A DNA stretch of 64,000 nucleotides, from the NCBI GenBank assembly GCA_964016885.1, contig OZ024755.1:32736001-32800000 (forward strand), read 5' to 3'. Below are positions 53,495 through 64,000 of the stretch, in pieces. The position numbers and the translations under genes are program-made. The first letter of the stretch is position 1. Every line of letters starts with the position of its first letter. The stretch is from Eledone cirrhosa (taxonomy: Eukaryota). The notes below the pieces were generated by a model, which was not told the origin of the DNA, ran no database searches, and was given only the letters and a program-made list of their open reading frames with translations.

Positions 53495-54055
53495 TTTTAG
53501 TCCTGCAGGATGTCCAAAGTCACCCTCCTCACCAAGAAACCTTGGTGGGGTTGCCAGTTTAGTCGCCAACGACCCGACCAGCTTGTACAAAACCTGTCAA
53601 AGGGCAAAGGAGCTCTTAAGAGTCAATGGCCATCCAAAATCACCGAGAGAGATGACCCCTTAGCCTTTGTCAAGGCAGAATTCTAGGAGAAGGAAAACTC
53701 TGATATGACACCTGCAACCCTGGTGGTATCCAATGATGTTGACTTGTTCTTCTTTTTGGTAAATATCATCTTGGCTAAGAGAGTGGGACTGGCTTTGTGC
53801 AGTGCCTTTGCTCACTATAAAAGCTTCACGGCACAGGCATTGCTTTATATCTGGAAATCTCTCTGCACTTGTCGTCACATGGTAGCATGGGTCCAACACT
53901 ATGTGTCAATAATTGTCACAAGTGTAGTGTTTGTACCAGAGTTTTCAAGTCGCTGGGTGGACTAAAAAGTCACACTCGTTCAACGCATCGGTAGGGGTTC
54001 TCCTACATGGATATAAAGTAGTGGCTGTACTCGAAAACGAGTTGGCAGCCACCAT
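53495..54055 (+). mobile_element. Non-autonomous bipartite RTE derivative (~560 bp)
   Basis: RTE 5'-UTR-like motifs CCCTTAGCCTTTG and CTAGGAGAAGGAAAACTCTGA are joined to an RTE-type C2H2-coding 3' end and a (ATGT)n tail. Confidence 0.7.
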
Positions 54056-54492
54056 GTATGTATGTATTTATGTATGTATGTATACTATAATGTGTTCATT
54101 TAAAATTGTTGAGGGTGATATGGCTACTCTTTCTAGCACAAGTGACAATTCAGATGTTCTTTTGTTATCTAGACAGTGTAATGCATTTATAACTCAAATG
54201 ATATAATGTTATATTTGACCTGCCAACCTCTAAAAACCAAAACGGGGAATACCATGAAAACAAGTGTCCCAAAACGGGGAAAAATAAGGCAAAATAGGGA
54301 GATTTTACATAATGAAAGCTATACCCATTATCACAAGAGAAGACATCTCTCACTCATCCCAAAGTGGGTTGGAGTTCTCCCCGTCGGACGTGGAGAGTTA
54401 ACAAGTCTGCAAATCCAAAGTAATTATGTTAATAGTTTCTTTTTTTTCTATTACAAATTAAGTCGAAAAAAGCATTCTATCATTATTTTAGT

Positions 54493-54846
54493 ATGGCAGT
54501 ATCGGTAGAGGGTCGGACGCCATGCTTTCCAGCATAGTTACATCCCTTTACGATCTGAGTTCAATTCCCGCCGAGGTTGACTTTGCCTTTCATCCTTACG
54601 GGGTCGATAAAATAAAGTACCAGTAATGCACTGGGTAATTGCTGGCCTTGTGCCTAAAGTAGAAACAATTATTTTAGTATCGGTAGAGAGTCTGACGCCA
54701 TGCTTTGCAGCATTGAGTTACGGCTCTTTATGATCTGAGTTCAAATCCCGCCGAGGTTAACTTTGCCTTTCAGCCTTACGGGGTCGATAAAATAAAGTAC
54801 CAGTAATACACTGGGATAATTGCTGGCCTTGTGCCTATAGTAGAAA
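54493..54846 (+). mobile_element. Two head-to-tail SINE A copies
   Basis: Two consecutive family bodies. Confidence 0.9.
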
Positions 54847-55531
54847 TCCTTATTTTATTAGCACCTAATGCTCTTTATTACACGAAACTGCAGTAGCAAG
54901 ACATTGTTGGAAAGGACGAAACATCTCTATGACTGCATCACATCAAATATTGAAGTCTTCACTTTAGTTTCCTGGACATTTTTATTAAGATTTGTCCACA
55001 AGTAAAACTACTCTTAATTTTTGCATTAACGAACCCAAAGGGGGTGGGCGATTTCCCTGTCGGAGGGGAAGATTTGACAGGTTTGTATAATATGTTTCAT
55101 TCCCTAAGAAAGTGGTAACGTCTAATGTTTCAGATACTTGTCTAAAACAGCAGATTTCTTTTCTTCCTCACAGAATAAACATATTCCATTGTTTGAACAA
55201 TATATTGGGTCGCCAAGTATGAAATTTGTAGCGAGACACATGACACTTTGTTTTTTTTTCTACAAATTTCATACTTCACCTAATATATATTACTTTTTGC
55301 TGCAGTTTCTTTATATTTTAGTGTTTAACTAACCTCTATAATAAATACAGGGAACCATATAGAGTGTATAGAGTTCCCTGTATCTATATACCATATGCTA
55401 GTCACCAATGATGTTATGACCAAGTACTTATTATGTAAACAGAATTATTTCAATCTAATACTGGTATAGAAATCTGAAAATAAACACTGTATGAAAGTAA
55501 TACCAGCATTAGAAGTGTATATACATGGTAT

Positions 55532-55614
<83 letters not shown>

Positions 55615-55825
55615 ATATATATATATATACACAATGGTATATACTGTATATATATATATACAATGGTTGTGTATATACAATACCATATATACGTACGGTG
55701 TTGTGTGTATATATATATATATATGCATATATGTGTATATATATATACACAATGGTATATACTGTATATATATATACAATGGTTGTGTATATACAATACC
55801 ATATATACGTACGGTGTTGTGTGTA

Positions 55826-55895
<70 letters not shown>

Positions 55896-56068
55896 ATGGT
55901 AGTGTGCGTGTATATGTATGTATGTATTGTATATATACAATATCATATATACGTACGGTATAACAATCTTAAAAAATTTGTTATAACTGATATAAAGCAC
56001 TCAACAAATTAGTGGAGTAAATATACAATATATTAACAAATGGAAACTATATTTATAAATATATATAT

Positions 56069-56099
<31 letters not shown>

Positions 56100-56432
56100 G
56101 TAAAATATTGAACGGGAACATAACAGAGAGGCAGTACGAACAAAGGTTTATTAGTTTCACGCTCTTGAGAGTGGGGTGGTGGTGGGGAACGACGTTTCGG
56201 GCATAGGCCCTTCTTCAGGTGAAAAGTGTGTGGGAAGAGAGTTCCAAGGGCGTGTAGGGGAGTGGTGGAGAGACATATAGAAAAAAGGGGGGGTGAGAGG
56301 AAACGGTACAAATGAAATTAAATATAAAAGCATAATAAAAATAAAAATAAACATGAAGTAAAACAGGTGGTGGAAGGGTGTGGGGCGTGTAGGGGTGGTG
56401 GCGGGTGGGGTGGGGAGGGGTGTCCGAGCCGG
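56100..56432 (-). mobile_element. Penelope-like pLTR fragment with minimal hammerhead (56189-56221)
   Basis: Minus strand CTGAAGA-A-GGGC-CTAT-GCCC-GAAACGTC, followed by AATAAA; flanked by (TA)n on both sides. Confidence 0.75.
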
Positions 56433-56668
56433 GATATATATATAATTCATTTAGTCATATACAGAACAAGTAAAGTGCCACCTTAGAATCTAAGGTCCAG
56501 TTATGACCATCTCTGCACATGATAGTACATAATGTATAGATAGTGTCCTAGCCATGAGACACTAACACATGTTTGAAAACATGTATTGTATATATGACAA
56601 ACTAAAGAAACATTGAGAGCATGTATTCTGTATATACAACATCACTATTAAATAAATATACATCTGTG

Positions 56669-56884
56669 TTAACCCTTTAGCATTTACATTACTATATATA
56701 TACTATTGTATTTTCATGGTAAAGCCTCTACCTCGCATAATGTCGAGTCTATGAGATTTAGATGCTATTTAGTTTGAGAACAATACCATAACATCAGTAT
56801 GAGGAGCCGGTTACAGCTAGTTTGAACAGAAAGAGGTGAGAGAATTCTGGCTGGATACGGCCAGTTTAAATGCTAAAGGGTTAA
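56669..56884 (+). mobile_element. Complete TTAA MITE (piggyBac-like)
   Basis: TTAA|CCCTTTAGCATTTA ... TAAATGCTAAAGGG|TTAA, with 14-bp perfect TIRs. Confidence 0.9.
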
Positions 56885-57128
56885 CCAACTATTTCTTTGA
56901 GTAAACAAAAATATTCAAATATTGAATCGGCTGAAATTCCCATTCTTGCTTGACCAGTATCATTCCTATCAGTATTGCCATCATCCTCACCATCTCTTTC
57001 AGCACCACTTCAACCATTTAATGATTCTTTCTGTCTCTTTAACAACCTTTTCTCATGTCTTCTGTTACTTTATACCATTGCACAATTGTGATTAACTACA
57101 ACTGAAGACTTCTACTTTAGATTAACCT

Positions 57129-57491
57129 TCAACATTCCTCTCTTTCAACTGTCTTACAGGATTTCTGACCTTGCAACAGAAAAATTTTAATCTTCAAGAT
57201 TGCTGCTGGAGGTATCAAGGGATTACTTTGCTCTTTATCCCACCGATAATATGTTATCAATTCATGTCTAATTGGACCCTCAAAATAAAGTGCATCGCTT
57301 AGGATCAATAGTATAGTGGTTATTAAGTCTACCAATGGGAGCAATACAGTTTGATGTCCATACACAAAACCATTAAGTGACAATGCAAGTACGATTCCTT
57401 CAAGCAACAGGGAGCCGGTGATTTTGTATAATTGAAGCTGAATTATTAAGTCATGCATGCTAAGGTTTTCCTGATTACTAAACAAAAGCAA
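57129..57491 (-). other. Unassigned 120-codon non-repetitive open frame
   Basis: Complex sequence preceded by a weak TACAG acceptor; no family recognised. Confidence 0.2.
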
Positions 57492-57901
57492 GCTGTAATC
57501 CTTTTAAAGGAAATTTTATTACTATTACTCAGGATGATATTAACCAGAAGTGATATTACTGTATATTACATCCACCTTCAGATAGAATATTACAAATGAA
57601 AAGCTTAGGACGAAACAGGGACTAAATCTGTCTTGTTTATTTAAGAGTTGACATTTTAACATACAGCTCAGCTTTCTAATGACACTAACTTTGGTATTTT
57701 TCAATATCTGAAATGGTATTGGAGAATTTATTATTGTTACATTAAATGAATGTATATGTATGAATTGAGGCTGTATTTTTATGTGTTTATACAGGCATTG
57801 GTGTATATGTTAGTCATGAGTGTGTGTGGAGAGAGATGGGGGAGAAAGAGAGAGAGAGAGAGAGTGTGTGAAAGACAGAGAGAGAGAAAGAAAGAGAGTG
57901 T

Positions 57902-57980
<79 letters not shown>

Positions 57981-58844
57981 AAGGGGTCCAATAGAGTCTG
58001 GTGACTTAGAAACAGTTTTAATTGAAAACAGCTGAAAAACAAGGTCTAGCCCTTAATTTGGTGTAAATGTTATAGAAAATATCATGGAAGAGAGCAAAGG
58101 TTAACTCAGAATTAGAGCATGTCTTTTTCAGAGATGCCCTGACCCCATATTTTAGACTCCTGTGAGTTTTTATTGTTACAGATTAAAAAGAACTCTGCTG
58201 TGTAGTTTAAATTTTGGTTTATATAAATGGTGAGAAATATAAGTAAATTTTTTTTTTTTCTGTAATGTTAATCATTTTTTATACTTTTGGCACAAGGCCA
58301 GCAATTATCCCAGTACATTACTGGTACTTTATTTTATCAACCCCCGTAAGGATGAAAAGCAAAGTTAACTTTGACAGGATTTGAACCGAAAAGGGCCGTA
58401 ACTCTTTGCTGCAATCCATACTGCCAATCCATATCATTTTGCAATGATAATAATAATGGTTTCTTATATAGGCACAAGGCCAGCAATTTTGGGGTAAGGG
58501 AAAGTCGATTAGATCGACCCCAGTACGTTACTGGTACTTTATTTTATCGACCCCCGTAAGGATGAAAGGCAACGTTAACCTCGACAGGGCTGTAACTCTA
58601 TCCTGCAAAGCGTCTGACCCTCTACTGATACTGCCAATCCAACTATAATGACAGCAATAATAATAAAAAAAAAGGGAAACAAAAAGAAAGAAAAGATAGG
58701 GAAATACAGAGAAAAAAGAAAGAAAGAAAGAAGAAAAAGAATGAGAAGGGGATGGCAAGAGCTTTGGTGTTCCAGAAGAGAGAGAAGGGGGAGGGTGATT
58801 GTGCTTTGGGCCTAGGGCAAGGGGGCAGAAGTGCTGCGCCCCCC

Positions 58845-59000
58845 CCCCCCCCCCTGGACAAGATGGCAAAAGCATTCCCGCGGACGATGGCCAGTGACAC
58901 CCGTTGCAACAGCCACCCAACCTCGCGGGGCACCCTCCTCAGACAGGCTGCCGATGCCTCGATCTTGCGTAGGAGCTCGGTAGTATGGGGTCCAAGTATG
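58845..59000 (-). mobile_element. CRE-like LINE C-terminus
   Basis: LGPHTTELLRKI...PREVGWLLQRVSLAIVRGNAFAILS. Confidence 0.78.
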
Positions 59001-59038
59001 GTCTAGGTCTAGATGGCGAGTAAAAGGGATATCATACT

Positions 59039-59383
59039 AGGCACATGGCTTAGTGGTTAGAGCATTGGCCTTGCAATCGAAAGGTTGTGAGTTCAATTCT
59101 CAGACCGGGTGATGTGTTGTTTCCTTGAGCAAGACACTTTATATCACATTGCTCCAGTTTACTCAGCTGTAGAAATGAGATGATAGGGACTGGGGTCCAT
59201 ATCATTCCACTGCAAAGTGGTCGTGGAGGTGCCACAGCAAAAAAGCACCCAGCACTCACTGTAAATGAGGTTGGTGTTAGGAAGGGCATCCAGCTGTAGA
59301 AATCAAGCCAAAATCAGTTCCCGTCCCACCCTTGCAAGCAGGGAAAAGTGGACCTAAAATGATGATGATGAATGATGATGATG
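59039..59383 (+). mobile_element. Full-length SINE family B
   Basis: Near-identical to 9587-9929, with an (ATG)n tail. Confidence 0.9.
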
Positions 59384-59563
59384 AAAAGAATTTTAGGTTA
59401 GGACTTTAGGTTGATCTGTATCATGGCACTCAAGTTGTGTCTCAACAGTATGTACAGGTTTAATATCAGACAAAATATGATGACAAAGTTTAATTCTTAA
59501 TGTCCTGAATCACAAGAAACTGCATTAGTATAAAACAGCACGGTGACTGCATCACTTCAAGTA

Positions 59564-60673
59564 TTAACCCATTAACATTCACATTACTCTATATATACTA
59601 TTGTAGTTTCACAGTAAAGGCTTTATCTCACATAATATCTCACATAGCATTACATTACTCTATATATACTATTGTAGTTTCACAGTAAAGGCTTTACCTC
59701 ACATAATATCTCACATAACATTCACATTACTCTATATATACTATTGTAGTTTCACAGTAAAGGCTTTACCTCACATAACATTTACATTACTCTATATATA
59801 CTATTGTATTTTCACAGTAAAGGCTTTACCTCACATAATATCTCACATAACATTCACATTACTCTATATATACTATTGTAGTTTCACGGTAAAGGCTTTA
59901 CCTCACATAACATTTACATTACTCTATATATACTATTGTATTTTCACAGTAAAGGCTTTACCTCACATAACATTCACATTACTCTATATATACTATTGTA
60001 GTTTCACAGTAAAGGCTTTACCTCACATAATATCTCACATAACATTTACATTACTCTATGTATACTATTGTATTTTCAAAGTAAAGGCTTTACATCACAT
60101 AATATCTCACATAACATTTACATTACTCTATATATACTATTGTATTTTCAAAGTAAAGGCTTTACCTCACATAATATCTCACATAACATTTACATTACTC
60201 TATATATACTATTGTAGTTTCACAGTAAAGGCTTTATCTCACATAATATCTCACATAACATTTACATTACTCTATGTATACTATTGTGTTTTCAAAGTAA
60301 AGGCTTTACATCACATAATATCTCACATAACATTTACATTACTCTATATATACTATTGTATTTTCAAAGTAAAGGCTTTACCTCTCATAATATCTCACAT
60401 AACATTTACATTACTCTATATATACTATTATATTTTCACAGTAAAGGCTTTACCTCTCATATTATCTCACATAACATTTACATTACTCTATATATACTAT
60501 TATATTTTCACAGCAAATATCTCACATAATATGGAAGCTATGAGATGTTGATATTATTTATTTTGAGAACAACACCTAAACGTTGGTATGAGCGGCCAGT
60601 TACAGCCAGTTTGAACAGAAAGAGTTGAGGGAATTCTGGCTGGATATGACTGGTTGAAATGCTAAAGGGTTAA
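59564..60673 (+). repeat. TTAA MITE with internal 60/72-bp unit amplified about 14x
   Basis: MITE termini are retained; CATTACTCTATATATACTATTGTA...GGCTTTACCTCACATAA is repeated. Confidence 0.92.
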
Positions 60674-61129
60674 AGTTTTTAGTTTACAGCAAATTTTTAC
60701 AATCATCTATCCACTAGTAAAGATATTATAAATATTTGAATTAACTATACCATGTTTAGATATTTTCTGTGAAAACATTGCAAGATATTCAGTGTCAAAG
60801 TAGCCCTAAGATCTTAAATAACAGTTCTAAATGATTGTATATTGTGTTTTTAATTGGGAATCTAGATACATATCTTTTAAGGTTTCAAAATTAATTAGTC
60901 ATAAAGCTACTCTTTCCCAAATATGTCCATTGAAATATATGTGGTCGGTGTTAGGAAGGGCAGCCAGCCGTAGAAAACCTGCCAGAAACAGTTCTGTACG
61001 AGTGAGATGCAGTCTCCCGACCTATCTTTCCTCAAGTTGGACAAAACCACCCAACCCATGCTAGCGTGGAAGATGGCCGTTAAATGATGACAATTATGAT
61101 GATGATGATGATGATGATGACGTAAATGC

Positions 61130-61470
61130 AGAGGTTATGTGAAGGTGGGAGAGGAATGAAGTAAGCATGCTGCGATGGAGGGACTGTGAGAAAAACTGGA
61201 TATAAGATGTAGAGTACAGGAGAGAAGGCTACTCCGGTGATCATTGGGTGAAGAAATATCAAGAAATCTCAGTAGAAGGGAGCTACAATAGAGGGAGACC
61301 AAGGAAGACTGAGGTAGAGGTTGTAAGAGCTGATCTCGGGTCACTGAGTCTCAGAGCCAAGCTGACGAAGGACTGATATTAATGGAGGGATGCTGTGCTG
61401 GAAAGGACTTGTCCAACCCATCAAATCATGGAAAAAAATGGATGTAAAACGATGATGATGATGATCATCA
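61130..61470 (+). mobile_element. Degraded RTE LINE 3' fragment
   Basis: Remnants RNEVSMLRW and RGRPRKT; (ATG)n tail. Confidence 0.72.
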
Positions 61471-61541
61471 TCATCATGATTACACCACTTCATACATATC
61501 TCTGTAATCAAGGGCAAAGTAAGATGAGTGGAAGGATGCTC

Positions 61542-61544
<3 letters not shown>

Positions 61545-61593
<49 letters not shown>

Positions 61594-62180
61594 TTATCGT
61601 CCATCTTCCATGCTTGCATGGGTTTGGACGGGAGTTTTCTCACTTGAGGCAAGGTTGGTTATCCTGCTCGTATAGGACTGTCTGGCAGGTTTTCTACGGC
61701 TGGAAGCCCTTCCTAACACCAACCACATTTACAGTGTGGGTCTGGGAGGTTTTTACCGTGTTACCTACACAGCCACATTACAGCGTGGACTGTGTTTTTT
61801 TTTTGTCGTGACACCTACACAACCTCATTTGTTTCGGGCTGGATGTTGTGGTACCAACATAACTTCACATTTAAGGGGGTGGTGTGGATGGAGTGGGGGT
61901 GGTGGGACGGGGGTGTACTTTGTTAGAGGTGCCTACTGACTGTAGGTTTCGCTTTGTACTTAGGCAAAGCGGGTCTTCTGTATTACTGTGTAGCGCCAAA
62001 GATCTCGGTCCAGTGACATTGTCTTGGAGAGGTGTAAGTGTGTGAGGTCGGAATTTATCAAGTCGTCCCAGGTTTTTCTGGGTCTGCCTACTCCATGGCT
62101 ACCATCTATTTTTATCGCCCTGCACTTTTTTATACAGCTGTCGTCTTTCATGCGTATCATGTGACCGTACCGTCTCTGCT
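61545..62180 (-). mobile_element. RTE-clade LINE 3' end with 3' UTR and (ATG)n tail
   Basis: YGHMIRMKDDSCIKKCRAIKIDGSHGVGRPRKTWDDLINSDL...DRDLWR is a classic RTE C-terminus. Confidence 0.85.
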
Positions 62181-62615
62181 GAGACAAACCCATTCAACCC
62201 ATATAAGTGGACGTAAAATTATGATGATGATGACGATGATGATGATGATGTAAATTTATGATGGCAAAACAAAAAAAAAAACAGTTCTTAACAAGCCTAC
62301 TTTAATGAAGTTATCACTTTATAATTAATATTTTCTAATATTAGCATCAATTCATTCACCTTTGCAGACACAAATACCAACAGTGGCAAAACCATCTTTC
62401 GTTACATTACACACACTGTCAATAATTTGGCCACCAAATAATGAAGCAACATTGCAAATATTGTTAAATGTGATAAAGTTTAGCAGTGTGCAATTAAAGA
62501 ATGACATTGTAATACTTTTCAAAATTGATGTTGTTGCATATATATTTATTTGTTGGTTGGTTGGTAGGTTTTTTTTTTTTTTTTTTTTAGATACAATTTA
62601 TTTCCAGTATCTCAC

Positions 62616-62786
62616 CTGGCTAGATATTGAAAATATGGCAACTTTGGAAGATATTGACCTTTCTACATTCTGTAATGGGAAGATTGTATCTTTGTTAATC
62701 ACAAAGATCAAAAATATCTCTAACATGCAGCAGATAAATGTTAGAGGTTTATCTTCTGTGGAAGTTGATGTTGTATAGCAAATCAT
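62616..62786 (-). other. Candidate exon ending at donor CAG|GTGAGA
   Basis: Unique sequence with a strong minus-strand donor at 62616/62615. An alternative plus-strand reading (acceptor TTTCCAG, YLTWLDIENMATLEDIDL...) is also open. Confidence 0.25.
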
Positions 62787-62794
62787 AGATACAC

Positions 62795-63340
<546 letters not shown>

Positions 63341-63654
63341 TATAAATATGCTTTTGCAAACACAATCAGGGGCTGCATGCAACCACACATAACATATACA
63401 ACCTGAAGGTTACACACCCACATATATATTACAACATGCATGTGTATGCACGCGCAGAGATGCACACACTTAGCAACTTGTTAATTAAGCAGAAGTAATT
63501 TACAATGAACACAACAATTGCACGCGGCATTGATTATCGATACATCATTAGAAAATTGCAGGTCGTTTGAAGGAGTTGACCGTTGTATAAAAGACGAAGA
63601 GAACTAATTAATCAATAAATGAAATTAGTTCAATATAGAAATAGAGAGTTGATA

Positions 63655-64000
63655 TCATCATCATCATCACTGTTTTACGTCCATTCTTCTACGCTAGCAT
63701 GGGTTAGACAGGTTGTCCTGTTGTGGGCAATGTTAGGCCGGCTGACCTTGTCTTGCTCATACGGGAACTGATTCTGGCTTGATTTCTACAGCTGGATGCC
63801 CTTCCTAACACCAACCTCATTTACAGTGTGGGCTGGGTGCTTTTGTTCTGTGGCGCCTACATGACTACTTTACAGTGTGGGCTGGGTGCTTTTGTTCTGT
63901 GGAGCCTACACGACTACTTTACAGTGTGGGCTGGGTGCTTTTGTTCTGTGGCGCCTACATGACCACTTTACAGTGTGGGCTGGGTGCTTTTTTTCTGTGG
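63655..64000 (-). repeat. SINE B/RTE tail with a 49-bp segment in tandem (4 or more copies, runs off the window)
   Basis: TTTACAGTGTGGGCTGGGTGCTTTTGTTCTGTGGCGCCTACATGACTAC, period 49. Confidence 0.85.

Noticed and set aside
62608-62778. LRR-like reading of plus-strand YLTWLDIENMATLEDIDLSTF
   Set aside because: A single loose match with no other plus-strand exons; it conflicts with the minus-strand donor.

Overview
This is AT-rich eukaryotic DNA dominated by microsatellites, minisatellites and transposable elements. The repeat content (tRNA-derived SINEs, RTE/CR1/Tx1/CRE-type LINE 3' ends, TTAA MITEs, long (TA)n tracts) suggests an octopod cephalopod genome; that assignment is inference. Most ORFs in the six-frame track are microsatellite artefacts. 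Host-gene signal is limited to candidate first exons and promoters, mainly on the minus strand; the best is a 66-codon ATG-to-donor exon at 41896-41699, and no gene could be named. The most notable content is a set of short elements embedded in (TA)n that carry type-I hammerhead ribozyme motifs. Four have an intact core and form two families with pairing-preserving changes (16291, 38753, 40567, 45186), two more are near-intact (47511, 56189), and there are degenerate or half motifs, including a palindromic family with only the GAAA-helix III-GUC half. These look like Penelope-like/retrozyme-type elements. Other findings include a bipartite non-autonomous RTE derivative, a restriction-like-endonuclease LINE fragment bounded by (CATA)n, five co-oriented CRE-like fragments, several long hairpins, and minisatellites arising from TE parts. 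All family assignments are by eye from recalled motifs; no database search was run.
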